Shown: piece after piece, positions 1 through 9,914 of the stretch
Layout: the number at the start of each line of letters is the position of its first letter
Numbering within the stretch: the stretch's first letter is position 1
Assembly (NCBI GenBank): GCA_040772045.1
Contig: JAXGYV010000004.1
Location: forward strand, 65,432-129,431
Reading direction: 5' to 3'
DNA length: 64,000 nt
From: Thermoleophilia bacterium
GTDB taxonomy: Bacteria > Actinomycetota > Thermoleophilia > UBA2241
Program-made: the position numbers and the translations under genes
Notes under the pieces: model-generated
The model's input: only the letters and a program-made list of their open reading frames with translations
What the model was told of the DNA's origin: nothing
Database searches by the model: none

Positions 1-2
1 AG

Positions 3-779
3 TGCGTCGAGATCCGTCTCAAGGATTACTCCGTCCTCGACAGCCCAGTCCCTTTACAGGTCTGGTCTCAAGAGGCGTACTACCTGGACTGCGCACAGCC
101 TCCTCTCCTCTTCGAGGAGGGCCAGTTCACGCGCGTCGACCCCTTCTCCCGCCGCGAGTGGTACCAGTTTCCCGAACCGTTCGGCCGCGGTCTGACCGTG
201 TGCCATGACCACGAAGAGGTCAGCACACTGCCCCGCCTGCTGCCCACCGCCTTTGGCGACAAGGGCCTGCGTTACGTCGACTTCAAGATGGGGATGCCAG
301 AACAGGATCTGATCGCAGACCAGGCGCTCACGGCCAGCGGTGCAACCAGCAAACACCCCGTCACTCTCAGAGACGGCGTGCGCGTGCGACCCCTCGACGT
401 CTTCACCGCCACGCTACCGCCCAACCCGGCTCCGCACGAGCTCGCTCGCCTCGCGCTCAGCGGTCAGATCACCGACATCGGCGTGATCGCGGTGGACTGC
501 ATCGGTCAGCGCGCGGGCAAGCCAGCGCGCATCACGTACATCGTGATCCCTCCCGACATCAGGTGGGTCAACGAGCTCATTCCGGGCGCTACTATGGTCT
601 CCTACGGTACCTCCACTCCCGCGGCCATCTACGCCCAATACCTCGTTCAGGGCCGTATTCGGCAGACTGGTGTGATTGCCCCCGAGGTCCTCGCGCGTTC
701 CGTACGCGACCGCTTCATCCTCGACCTCGGCCGACGCCAGATCATCGTCCGCCGGCGCGAAGAGGTGCAGGTGAACTAG
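3..779 (+). CDS. 5'-partial CDS; C-terminal region weakly resembles the saccharopine dehydrogenase / carboxynorspermidine dehydrogenase C-terminal domain
   Basis: The reading frame is open from position 3 through the track ORF 198..779 with no upstream stop, so the gene starts before the window. The saccharopine-dehydrogenase-like call is weak pattern recognition only. Confidence 0.3.
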   Translation, partial: CVEIRLKDYSVLDSPVPLQVWSQEAYYLDCAQPPLLFEEGQFTRVDPFSRREWYQFPEPFGRGLTVCHDHEEVSTLPRLLPTAFGDKGLRYVDFKMGMPEQDLIADQALTASGATSKHPVTLRDGVRVRPLDVFTATLPPNPAPHELARLALSGQITDIGVIAVDCIGQRAGKPARITYIVIPPDIRWVNELIPGATMVSYGTSTPAAIYAQYLVQGRIRQTGVIAPEVLARSVRDRFILDLGRRQIIVRRREEVQVN

Positions 780-797
780 CGCTGCGCGCGATCGTCG

Positions 798-1163
798 TCA
801 GTCGCGCGGCGCCGTCGGCTGGTGCACCGGCGTGCCCGTGGGATGAGCCAGGCGCAACACGCCATGGCGTTCGGACGCGACCACGCTCTCCGCTTGTGCG
901 AAGGCGAGCAGCGCCACGAGGCCAGCTGCGTCATGCTGGCCCCCAAGCTCCCGCACGCTGAGCTCGTGATTGGCCACGAGCCGCTCCCAGGTGCCCCGCA
1001 CCCTCTCCCACGTGTACTCTGCTCTCTGGCCGTTGACCAACAGAGCGATGGTCTTCTCGCCGACACTCAGCACCCGTGCGGTCCCAGGCCACTGCACCAG
1101 CGGGAACTCCTGGCCAATCGTGCGCGCGAGACGCCATTTTATCGTCTCCATCGATAGCATCAC
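798..1163 (-). CDS. hypothetical protein (121 aa)
   Basis: Complete ORF filling the gap between flanking genes. No recognisable domain. Confidence 0.3.
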   Translation of the reverse strand: MMLSMETIKWRLARTIGQEFPLVQWPGTARVLSVGEKTIALLVNGQRAEYTWERVRGTWERLVANHELSVRELGGQHDAAGLVALLAFAQAESVVASERHGVLRLAHPTGTPVHQPTAPRD

Positions 1164-1196
1164 TCCTCCTCGGCAACCCCGTCCCCAACGATCGGC

Positions 1197-2120
1197 TTAC
1201 GGCCCTCGTTCAGTCCCCTGCGATGGGCGAACGGCCGGCTCTACATGTACCACGATATCGGCCACCTCAGCGAACCGCGTCTGAACCGCCCGCTCGACCT
1301 CGTGAGCAAGTGTGTGCCCGCCCTCCAAAGACATCCCCCGCTCCGCTACGACGTGGAGATCGACAAATACCCGGCTCTCGGAGCCGCGAGTCCGCACAGA
1401 GTGGCAATCGACCACGCCGGGGACGGCACGCACCACCGCGGCGAGCTCCGCCGGCGAGAGCCGAGCTCGATCGCCCAGCGTGTACCCCGCGTCGCGCAGC
1501 ACCAGGAACGCCGAGTGAAGGATGGCCACCGCCACCAAGAGGGCAACCACTCCATCCGCCTGCTGCCATCCGAGTCGCGTGGCGATCAAGCTGACGATAA
1601 CGCCGAGACTTACCAACACATCGCTGAGCGTGTGCCGAGCATCAGCGACGAGCACCTCGCTCCCCAACCGCCGACCCGCACGTTCCTCCCACCGGGTCAC
1701 GCCTGCGTTGATGCAGAGCGTGACTCCCATGACCGCGAACGAGAGGGCGCCGACCTCCGTGGGCGCGCCACGCCCGAGGAGATGCTCCACCGCGCCACGG
1801 CCCACGGCGTAGCCGGCCACGCACAGCATGGCGGCGATCGCTACCGCCGTGAACGTCTCGAACTTGCCGTGGCCGTAGGGATGCGACTCGTCCGCCGGCC
1901 GCGCGGCGAGCCACATCCCGATGAGCCCGACGACGTTCGAAGTGCTATCGAGCAGCGAATGAACGCCGTCGGCCTGCATAGCCGCGGAGCGCGTGAGCGT
2001 GCCGTACACGAGCTTCGCCAGTGCCACGGCTAAATTGAGCGCGAGGACGCTCAGAAGTACTCTGCGGATGCTCCGATAGCGCGACCGCTCCACCTGCGCG
2101 CAGCCGTGCGGCGGGCACAT
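1197..2120 (-). CDS. cation diffusion facilitator (CDF) family metal efflux transporter
   Basis: Multiple TM helices and the CDF signature HPYGHGKFE. Has the C-terminal cytoplasmic domain typical of CzcD/FieF proteins. Confidence 0.85.
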   Translation of the reverse strand: MCPPHGCAQVERSRYRSIRRVLLSVLALNLAVALAKLVYGTLTRSAAMQADGVHSLLDSTSNVVGLIGMWLAARPADESHPYGHGKFETFTAVAIAAMLCVAGYAVGRGAVEHLLGRGAPTEVGALSFAVMGVTLCINAGVTRWEERAGRRLGSEVLVADARHTLSDVLVSLGVIVSLIATRLGWQQADGVVALLVAVAILHSAFLVLRDAGYTLGDRARLSPAELAAVVRAVPGVVDCHSVRTRGSESRVFVDLHVVAERGMSLEGGHTLAHEVERAVQTRFAEVADIVVHVEPAVRPSQGTERGP

Positions 2121-2122
2121 CG

Positions 2123-3220
2123 CTAGACGGGACGAGGGACCAGCCCGACCCGTTCGCGGACGCGTTCCATTGTGCGGGCTGCGATAGCCTCAGCCCGGCA
2201 CGCCCCCTCGCGAAGGATGTTCCGCGTGCCCGCTGGGTCGGCTGTGAGCTCGGCCACTTTGCGCTGGAAAGGAGCCAGCGCATCCGCCACTAGATCGCCC
2301 AGGTCGCGCTTGAAGTCGGCGTAGCCCTTGCCGGCATAGCGCTCCTCGATCGCCTCTGGAGAGAGGCCGCTGAAGATGCTGTGGATAGCGACGAGGTTCG
2401 TGAGCGCTGGTTTGTCCGGAGTGGCCCGTATTTCCGTGCCGGAATCTGTGACCGCCCGACGGATCTTGCGGCGGATAACGTCCGGCGGATCCAGAAGCGC
2501 GATGTAGCTCCCCGGCGAGGCAGCGCTCTTGCTCATCTTGTTGGCTGGGTTGTCGAGGCTCATGATCCGCCGCCCCTCCTCGCGGATGACCGGCTCCGGG
2601 ATCACGAAGGTCTTGCCGAACTCCCGATTGAAGCGCTGCGCGATATCCCTGGTGAGCTCCACGTGCTGCTTTTGATCGTCGCCAACCGGAACGTGATCTG
2701 CTCCATAGAGGAGGATGTCGGCGGCCATGAGCACCGGGTAGTCGAACAGGCCCACACCCACGCTCTCCTGCTCGCCACCCCCCTTTTCCTTGAACTGTGT
2801 CATGCGTCGCAGCTCTCCGAAGTACGTGATGGTGTTGAGGATCCACGCGAGCTCCGAGTGCGCCGGCACGTGACTCTGTACAAAGAGAATCGAGCGCTCG
2901 GGGTCGATGCCGGCGGCCAGCAGGATGTTTGCTAGCTGCAGTGTGGCGGCGGTGAGGGCCTTGCGTTCTTGCCGTACGGTGATCGCGTGGAGATCCACCA
3001 CGCAGTAGAGACAGTCGTGCGTCTCCTGCATCTGCACCCAATGACGGATGGCCCCCAAGTAGTTCCCGATGTGGAGTGCGCCACTTGGCTGCACGCCCGA
3101 GAACACGCGCGGACGGCGTTCGGCTGGGTTGCACTGGCTGATCATCGCCAGCGGAGTGTAGCGCAGCGCCCCCTCTTCTGGCATCCCGGCGCTCGGCGGC
3201 CCTCGCAGACCGCCCGTCAT
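2123..3220 (-). CDS. trpS: tryptophanyl-tRNA synthetase
   Basis: Class I aaRS HIGH-type motif (HIGNYLG) and KMSKS motif. Length about 365 aa fits TrpRS. Confidence 0.9.
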   Translation of the reverse strand: MTGGLRGPPSAGMPEEGALRYTPLAMISQCNPAERRPRVFSGVQPSGALHIGNYLGAIRHWVQMQETHDCLYCVVDLHAITVRQERKALTAATLQLANILLAAGIDPERSILFVQSHVPAHSELAWILNTITYFGELRRMTQFKEKGGGEQESVGVGLFDYPVLMAADILLYGADHVPVGDDQKQHVELTRDIAQRFNREFGKTFVIPEPVIREEGRRIMSLDNPANKMSKSAASPGSYIALLDPPDVIRRKIRRAVTDSGTEIRATPDKPALTNLVAIHSIFSGLSPEAIEERYAGKGYADFKRDLGDLVADALAPFQRKVAELTADPAGTRNILREGACRAEAIAARTMERVRERVGLVPRPV

Positions 3221-3474
3221 CGACTAGCTGTTGCCTGCGGATCGGCAGCGGTGCTACATTGCACGGGTAACGCAGGTACGAAGGACGCCCGGAAGAGCGT
3301 CGCACGAGAGCCCGCCGCCCAGCGGGCGCCGAAGGGGCAAGGTGGCCACGGCCACCGAAACTCTCAGGCCAACGGAGTGCGATGTGACGGGCCCCTGGAC
3401 CAGACGGACTTCCCGTTCTCGGACAGGGTGATGGGGCACATCACCCTGTCCTTCGCATTCAGGGGAAGGACGGA

Positions 3475-4632
3475 TTGGGTATGGGGTCTCTGCATTGGCG
3501 TACAGTAAACCCGCACGGGCGGCGACGAGTCCTGGTTACGAAGGAGCTGCCAGGAACACGCTGGCTCCAGCTTCTCACGGCGGACGACTGTCGTGTCGAC
3601 GTCTGTGCATCACCCTCGACTCTCACCGCGAGCGACATCCGTGCCGCCCTTGCGGGCGGCTGCGCCGCCGTTCTGGGCCAGCTCACCGAGCCGTGGAACG
3701 CCGACCTGCTCCGGGCGCTCAAAGACGCCGGTGGTGGCGTGTACGCGAACTACGCCGTGGGTTTCGACAACGTCGACGTAGAGGCGGCCACCCGCCTCGG
3801 CCTCCCCGTCGGCAACACCCCTGGCGTGCTCACCCAGTCGACAGCCGAGCTCGCCGTGGCGCTCACCTTGGCCGCCGCGCGCCGTATCGCAGAGGGCGAC
3901 GCCTACATGCGCGCGGGTCGCTTCACCGGCTGGCACCCGACACTCCTTCTCGGCCAGCTCTTGGAGCGCAAGGTGCTCGGCGTCGTCGGCGCTGGCCGTA
4001 TCGGCGTCCGGTACGCGCAGATCATGCAGTCCGCCTACCGGATGGATGTCACCTATTTCGACATCCGTCGCAGCGCCGAGCTGGAGGACTTCTCTGCCGC
4101 GTACTCGGCTTTCCTAGAGGCGCGCGGCGAGCAGGGGCTTACGTGTCGCCGCGCGGCCTCCCTCGATGAGCTGCTGGCGGAGGCTGACGTCGTCAGCGTT
4201 CACACGGCACTGCGCGAGGAAACCCGGCACCTCCTTGGGCGCGAGCAGTTCGCCCGCATGAAGCGCGACGCGATCTTCGTGAATACGAGCCGCGGCGCGC
4301 TGCACGACGAGGCAGCGCTCGTCGATCATTGCCGCACGCACCCTACGTTCCGTGCCGCCCTCGACGTCTACGAGGACGAGCCCGCCATGTGCCCGGGGCT
4401 CTCTGAGCTACCAAACGTCGTCGTCGTTCCGCACCTGGGCTCCGCCACCGGCTGGACACGCGAGGGGATGGCTGCTCTGGCCGCCGCCAATGTGCTCGGC
4501 ATCCTCAATAACTGGCCGGTCTGGAACCGCGCCGACATTCGCCCGTTTCTCTCCGCCTCGGCTCCGAAAGCGGCGCCGAGCATCGTGAATGCCACTGAGC
4601 TTGGACTCGAAAGATATGGAGGGACGTCATGA
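3475..4632 (+). CDS. D-isomer-specific 2-hydroxyacid dehydrogenase (hydroxypyruvate/glyoxylate reductase-like)
   Basis: NAD-binding GxGxxG (VLGVVGAGRIGVRYAQ) and catalytic-domain architecture of the D-2-hydroxyacid dehydrogenase family. ATGA overlap with the next gene. Confidence 0.85.
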   Translation: MGMGSLHWRTVNPHGRRRVLVTKELPGTRWLQLLTADDCRVDVCASPSTLTASDIRAALAGGCAAVLGQLTEPWNADLLRALKDAGGGVYANYAVGFDNVDVEAATRLGLPVGNTPGVLTQSTAELAVALTLAAARRIAEGDAYMRAGRFTGWHPTLLLGQLLERKVLGVVGAGRIGVRYAQIMQSAYRMDVTYFDIRRSAELEDFSAAYSAFLEARGEQGLTCRRAASLDELLAEADVVSVHTALREETRHLLGREQFARMKRDAIFVNTSRGALHDEAALVDHCRTHPTFRAALDVYEDEPAMCPGLSELPNVVVVPHLGSATGWTREGMAALAAANVLGILNNWPVWNRADIRPFLSASAPKAAPSIVNATELGLERYGGTS

Positions 4633-5876
4633 ACCCCAGCGAGAACGGCGCACCCAGAAAGACGGCCGCGCCGCAGACTATGAAATTAGCTGACCGCGTA
4701 GCTCGGCTGGGCACTGAGACGGCCTTCGCCGTCTCGGCCGAAGCTGCCGCCCATGCCGCCAAGGGAAACCGCGTGTTTCCCTTCCATCTCGGCGACATGA
4801 ACCTGCCGACTCCGGCCAACATCCAGGAGGCCGCGGTCCGCGCCCTCCGCGAGGGCAAGACAGGGTACTGTCCCAACGGGGGGATCCCCGCGCTACGCGA
4901 CGCATTGGCCGCCGAGATCACGTGTACCCACGGCCTGCAACTCAGCGCCGAGAACGTGGCCATCCAGCCTGGCGGCAAGCCCGTGATCGGGAAGTTCCTG
5001 CTCACATTAGTGAACCCCGGCGAGGAGGTCCTGTACCCCAACCCCGGATTCCCGATCTATGAATCACAGATCGAGTTTCACGGTGGCGTCGCCGTGCCGT
5101 ACGGCTTTGTCCCAGGGAAGGAGAACTTCCTCCTCGACTTCGAGGCCATCGAGCGTTCCATCACGCCACGTACTCGCGCGATCATCTTCAACAACCTCCA
5201 CAACCCCACCGGGGCGGTGAGCCCCCGCGAGGAGATCGAGGCGCTCGCTGAGCTCTGTCTGAAACACGACCTGTACGTGCTTTCCGACGAGGCCTACTGG
5301 GACATCCGGTACAGCGGAGAGAGCCTCTCCATCGCCTCATTGCCCGGCATGGCCGAACGCACCGTGATCCTCTACACGTTCAGCAAGAAGTTCGCCATGA
5401 CTGGCTGGCGTCTCGGCGGCGCGATAGGGCCGAAGCACGTGATTTCCGTGATCGCCACCCTCAACGTAAACGATGAATCATGTACGAACCACTTCGTGCA
5501 ATACGCCGGGATCGAGGCGCTCACCGGCGATCAGTCCGGCGCCCAGCGCATCCTCGCGGTACTCAGAGGGCGCCGCGACGCGGCGGCGGCGGCGCTCAAC
5601 GACATCCCGGGCATCCGCTGTTACTCGCCGTCTGCGACGTTCTACCTTTACCCGGACGTGACCGACGCCATGGAGCGCTTGGGCTTGACGGACTACACCA
5701 GCTTCCGGCTGGGCGCTCTCGAACAGACCGGCTGCTCCTTCTGCACCCGGCTCCACTTCGGTAGGGCGTTGCCCGGCGAGGAGCGCGCATACGTGCGCAT
5801 CGCGTACTCTGGTATAGACGGAGAGAATATCAGCGAGGGTCTCGGCAGGCTCAAGGCGTGGGTCGAGGCCCAGTGA
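4629..5876 (+). CDS. class I/II PLP-dependent aminotransferase
   Basis: Aminotransferase fold with the PLP-lysine motif region SKKFAMTGWRLGG. Start overlaps the upstream stop codon. Confidence 0.85.
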   Translation: MNPSENGAPRKTAAPQTMKLADRVARLGTETAFAVSAEAAAHAAKGNRVFPFHLGDMNLPTPANIQEAAVRALREGKTGYCPNGGIPALRDALAAEITCTHGLQLSAENVAIQPGGKPVIGKFLLTLVNPGEEVLYPNPGFPIYESQIEFHGGVAVPYGFVPGKENFLLDFEAIERSITPRTRAIIFNNLHNPTGAVSPREEIEALAELCLKHDLYVLSDEAYWDIRYSGESLSIASLPGMAERTVILYTFSKKFAMTGWRLGGAIGPKHVISVIATLNVNDESCTNHFVQYAGIEALTGDQSGAQRILAVLRGRRDAAAAALNDIPGIRCYSPSATFYLYPDVTDAMERLGLTDYTSFRLGALEQTGCSFCTRLHFGRALPGEERAYVRIAYSGIDGENISEGLGRLKAWVEAQ

Positions 5877-5891
5877 GGCGGGGAGGTCCAC

Positions 5892-8549
5892 ATGACTGAG
5901 TCGGCACCAAGCGCGAAGCTGCGCCGCACACCACTCTTCGAGCGTCACCTTGCCCACGGGGGCAGGATGGTGGACTTCGCCGGGTGGGAGATGCCGGTAC
6001 AGTATCGTCCGGGCATCATAGAGGAACACCTCACGACACGTAAGGGCGCCGGGCTCTTCGATGTATCGCACATGGGCCGCTTTCTGGTCCGCGGCGCGGA
6101 TGCCGTCCCCTTCCTCCAGCACGTCCTGAGCAACAACGCCTGTGCTCTCGACGTAGGGGAGGCGCAATACACGATCGTGCCCACCGAGACGGGCGGCGCC
6201 GTAGACGATGCGTACCTCTACCGGTTCTTCGCGGACCAGTATCTCCTGGTGGTTAACGCCAGCAATCGGGAGAAGGACTGGGCGCATTTCCAGCAGTTCA
6301 TCGCTGCCTTCAACCAGGTGGAGCTAACCGACCACACCGAAGACATCGTCATGCTCGCCGTACAGGGGCCGAGCGCCCGTGAGGCGGTGGTCGGCCTCCT
6401 CGAGGCCGGCGAGCTGCCCGAGCCGATGCGCAACAAGCTCAGCGTGGTTCGCATGGCCGGCGCCGAAGTGTGGCTCAGCCGCACCGGCTACACAGGCGAG
6501 CCCATGTGTTTCGAGCTCTTCGCACCCCGGGAACACGGGCCCGCGCTCTGGGATGCGTTCGTGGCCGCGGGCGTTGTCCCCGTGGGGCTTGGAGCCCGCG
6601 ACACCCTGCGTCTCGAGGCCGGCCTGCCGCTCTACGGGCACGAGCTCGGCACTGACCCCAGCGGTCAAGAGATCCCGATCTTCGCGATGCCCCTCGCCAA
6701 GTTCGCGGTGAGCCTCTCTCCTCTGAAGGGAGACTTCGTCGGGAGAGCGGCCCTCCAGCGGCAGCAAGAGGCCTACCGACGCATCGTCTTTCGCGACTAC
6801 TCGCTGGCGCACGACCTCCCACGCATCATCCAGCCGGTTGCTCTGACCGACAGAGGCGTGGCCAGAAGCGGAGCCAAGGTGACTCGCTCGGACCGCCACG
6901 TAGGGTGGATCACCAGCGGCACCATGGTGCCGCGGTGGAAAGACGAGGGCAACGGTCTTGCCCAGCGCTTCACAGACAAGCGCGACCTGCGCCCCCTCGC
7001 GCTGGCGCTCCTCGACGCCGACATCGTGGAGGGAGATCGTGTCAACATCGACATCCGCGGCAAGCAGGCAGAGGGTGTTGTCGTCGAGTGGCACCTCCGC
7101 AGTGACGCTCCGCCGTTCGCGCGACCTATCCCGTTGGGCCGTACGTGCCCCGTCAAGCCGCTTCCGGTCCATGAGGACTCCGCCCGCGCGCTGCTGCACG
7201 CCGCAGCCGACAACACGACGTGGCGCCAGCAGCGCTGCATCAACCTGATCCCCTCCGAGATGACCACATCCCCCGCCGTGCGGCTGCTGAGTGTGATGGA
7301 CCCCTGCTTCCGCTACGCCGAACACCGGGAGCTGGAGGCATTCTGTCGCGCCGACGTCTTCTACTACCAGGGAACCGACTTCATCGACGAGGTCGAGCGC
7401 CTCCTGACGGCCGAGCTGCGCAAGTACTTCGGCTGCTCTGAGGTCGAAACGCGTGTCATCAGCGGCCAGATGGCCAACGCGGCTGTCTTCAGCGCCATGG
7501 TGGATTACCTCAACAGAGCAGACCCCAAGAGCGAGCCCCGCCGTCTGCGCATGGTCATGAACCACCATATCGTCAAAGGCGGCCATCTGAGCGCGCAGCC
7601 CATGGGTGCTCTCCGGGATTTCGTCTCCCGCGACCCCAAGACCGACATGGCCGCGGTCGAGAACTTCCCCATGCTCCCCGGCAACCCGTTCAAGACGGAT
7701 GTCGAGAAAACCAAGCAGCTGATCCTGGAACAGCAACCGGAGCTCATCATCTTCGGCCGCAGCATGGTCCTCCACAAGGAGCCGGTTCAGGAGATCCGAC
7801 GCTTCCTCGACGAGCACTCGCTATCGCCCGTCGTGATGTACGACATGGCCCACGTCCTCGGCCTCATCGGGCCGTCCTTCCAGGACCCGTTCCGCGAGGG
7901 TGCCGACATCGTGACCGGTTCGACGCATAAGACGTTTTTCGGCACCCAGCGCGGCGTTATCGCCTGTCGCTTCACGGAGTCGGAGGAGCGCTACGACCTC
8001 TGGGAGGCCATCCGGCGACGCACTTTCCCTGGCTCCGTCTCTAACCACCACCTCGGCACGTTGCTCGGCCTACTCTTGGCGACCTACGAGATGAACCACT
8101 TCAAGGACGAATACCAGCCCGCCGTGGTGGCGAACGCCAAAGCGTTCGCGCGCGCCCTGCACGAGGCCGGCTTGTCCGTTGCCGGCGATCCGACGATCGA
8201 TTTTACGGAGACTCACCAGGTGATCCTCCGCGTGGGCTACGGCCACGGTCCCGCTATCGCCCGCCGCCTCGAGGACAACGACATCATCTGCAACTATCAA
8301 GCAGCACCCGATGAGGAGGGCTTCTCGGCCGCCGGCGCACTACGGCTCGGCGTCTCGGAGATGACCCGCTTCGGCTTCGGCGCCGATGAGTTCCGCGAGC
8401 TGGCGGCACTGATGCGCGCGGTCATCCTCGACGGCGCCGACGTGCGGCAGCGCGTCAACGCGCTGCGCGCGGACTATCGCACCCTGCGCTACTGCTTCAC
8501 GGAAGCACAGTACAGAGAGGAGCTGGCGCGTCTGCGAGCGCTTCTGTGA
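5892..8549 (+). CDS. fusion protein: N-terminal glycine-cleavage T-protein (aminomethyltransferase) domain + C-terminal serine hydroxymethyltransferase-like PLP domain
   Basis: N-terminal ~400 aa are GcvT-like (GAGLFDVSHMGRF..., folate-binding). C-terminal ~450 aa are SHMT-like: NLIPSE..TSPAV near the domain start and the PLP-lysine motif GSTHKTFFGTQRG. Confidence 0.8.
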   Translation: MTESAPSAKLRRTPLFERHLAHGGRMVDFAGWEMPVQYRPGIIEEHLTTRKGAGLFDVSHMGRFLVRGADAVPFLQHVLSNNACALDVGEAQYTIVPTETGGAVDDAYLYRFFADQYLLVVNASNREKDWAHFQQFIAAFNQVELTDHTEDIVMLAVQGPSAREAVVGLLEAGELPEPMRNKLSVVRMAGAEVWLSRTGYTGEPMCFELFAPREHGPALWDAFVAAGVVPVGLGARDTLRLEAGLPLYGHELGTDPSGQEIPIFAMPLAKFAVSLSPLKGDFVGRAALQRQQEAYRRIVFRDYSLAHDLPRIIQPVALTDRGVARSGAKVTRSDRHVGWITSGTMVPRWKDEGNGLAQRFTDKRDLRPLALALLDADIVEGDRVNIDIRGKQAEGVVVEWHLRSDAPPFARPIPLGRTCPVKPLPVHEDSARALLHAAADNTTWRQQRCINLIPSEMTTSPAVRLLSVMDPCFRYAEHRELEAFCRADVFYYQGTDFIDEVERLLTAELRKYFGCSEVETRVISGQMANAAVFSAMVDYLNRADPKSEPRRLRMVMNHHIVKGGHLSAQPMGALRDFVSRDPKTDMAAVENFPMLPGNPFKTDVEKTKQLILEQQPELIIFGRSMVLHKEPVQEIRRFLDEHSLSPVVMYDMAHVLGLIGPSFQDPFREGADIVTGSTHKTFFGTQRGVIACRFTESEERYDLWEAIRRRTFPGSVSNHHLGTLLGLLLATYEMNHFKDEYQPAVVANAKAFARALHEAGLSVAGDPTIDFTETHQVILRVGYGHGPAIARRLEDNDIICNYQAAPDEEGFSAAGALRLGVSEMTRFGFGADEFRELAALMRAVILDGADVRQRVNALRADYRTLRYCFTEAQYREELARLRALL

Positions 8550-9865
8550 GCGCTCCGGAAGCAGAGCCGCGCGCGTTCCTGCGCGCCCTCTTCGACGCGG
8601 CCGTCTCCTCCGCTCTGCCGGCCCGGGTGATCCCGGGCCGGCTCCCCGCTCTCCCTCATGGGAGAACCGTTGTGGTGGGGGCGGGCAAAGCCGCGGCGGC
8701 GATGGCTCGTGCCGTGGAGCAGGAGTGGGCCGGGCCGCTCGCGGAGCTCTCCGGCCTGGTGGTTACGCGCTACGGGCACGCCGTGCCGTGCGCGCACATC
8801 GAGGTCGTGGAGGCATCCCACCCGATGCCCGATGCCCAGGGCCGCCGAGCCGCCGAGCGCATCCGTACACTGGCCGCCGAGCTCCGCGAGGACGATCTCC
8901 TCATCTGCCTGATCTCCGGCGGCGGCTCGGCGCTGCTCGCGCTGCCCGCGCCAGGGATCGACATGGCCGACAAGCGGACGGTAAACGACGCGCTGTTGCG
9001 CTGTGGGGCCCCCATCGAGGCGATCAACTGCGTGCGGAAACACCTGTCGGCGATTAAGGGGGGGCGCCTGGCCGAAGCGGCACACCCCGCGCGCGTGGTC
9101 ACCTTCCTCATCAGCGATGTCCCCGGCGACGACCCTTCGGTGATCGCCTCGGGGCCCACCGTCCCCGACCCCTCCACGTACGCCGACGCCATCGCCGTCC
9201 TGGCCCGCTTTGGCGTCGACGTGCCCCCAGCCGTGAAAGCGAGACTGCTGGCCGGCGCGGGCGCGACGACGCCCTCCGGCGTCGCGAGCGCGGCACCCGA
9301 GGAGACGCCCAAGCCAGGCGACCCGGCCTTCGCGTGCGACGAGGTAGTCATGCTGGCCACCGCCGCCGACGCCCTCCGGGCGGCGGCGGCGGTGGCTCGC
9401 CAGGCCGGCGTCACGCCAGTAGTGCTCGGCGACGCCGTCGAGGGCGAGGCGCGCACGGTGGGGGCCGCCCACGCTCAACTGGCTCTGCGCTGTGCCGCGG
9501 GAGACGGACCCGCCTCGCCACCATGCGTCCTGCTCAGCGGAGGCGAGACTACGGTGACCGTGCGCGGGACCGGCCGTGGCGGACGCAACGCGGAGTACCT
9601 GCTCTCAGCCGCCATCACCCTTGGCGGCAGCCAGCGCATATACGGACTCGCCGGCGATACCGATGGCATCGACGGCACGGAGGACAACGCCGGCGCCCTG
9701 ACGGGGCCGCACACGCTGGCCGCCGCGCGCCGCGCCGGCCTGGACCCCGACGGCGCGCTCCGGGCCAACGACGCCTACGGTGTGTTCGCCGCCCTCGGCG
9801 ACCTCGTGATCACCGGCCCCACGCGGACCAACGTGAACGACTTCCGCGCCCTCTACGTGGTCTGA
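8546..9865 (+). CDS. glycerate kinase (MOFRL family, glycerate 2-kinase type)
   Basis: DUF4147+MOFRL architecture. GTG start overlaps the stop of the upstream gene (TGTGA). Confidence 0.8.
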   Translation: MSAPEAEPRAFLRALFDAAVSSALPARVIPGRLPALPHGRTVVVGAGKAAAAMARAVEQEWAGPLAELSGLVVTRYGHAVPCAHIEVVEASHPMPDAQGRRAAERIRTLAAELREDDLLICLISGGGSALLALPAPGIDMADKRTVNDALLRCGAPIEAINCVRKHLSAIKGGRLAEAAHPARVVTFLISDVPGDDPSVIASGPTVPDPSTYADAIAVLARFGVDVPPAVKARLLAGAGATTPSGVASAAPEETPKPGDPAFACDEVVMLATAADALRAAAAVARQAGVTPVVLGDAVEGEARTVGAAHAQLALRCAAGDGPASPPCVLLSGGETTVTVRGTGRGGRNAEYLLSAAITLGGSQRIYGLAGDTDGIDGTEDNAGALTGPHTLAAARRAGLDPDGALRANDAYGVFAALGDLVITGPTRTNVNDFRALYVV

Positions 9866-9914
9866 CCTTCGCCGGGGCAGTCCTGGGCGGGCAGCCACTG
9901 TGGGCCACCAGCTC

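Noticed and set aside
2190-3305. 371-aa alternative-frame ORF overlapping trpS
   Set aside because: It is the same strand but out of frame with the TrpRS frame, which carries the HIGN/KMSKS motifs. Its translation is low-complexity.
3221-3474. T-box leader for trpS
   Set aside because: I searched the trpS-strand leader for the conserved T-box sequence (AGGGUGGNACCGCG) and specifier or antiterminator features. None found, only two unrelated palindromes.
6324-7817. 497-aa minus-strand ORF inside the GcvT-SHMT gene (and many similar long antisense ORFs in the track, e.g. 11052-12329, 13598-14317, 36114-37505, 61096-62214)
   Set aside because: All lie antisense within genes that have clear domain homology. 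Their translations are Arg/Gly/Ala/Pro-rich with no motifs, as expected from GC-rich third-position codon bias. They were not called.
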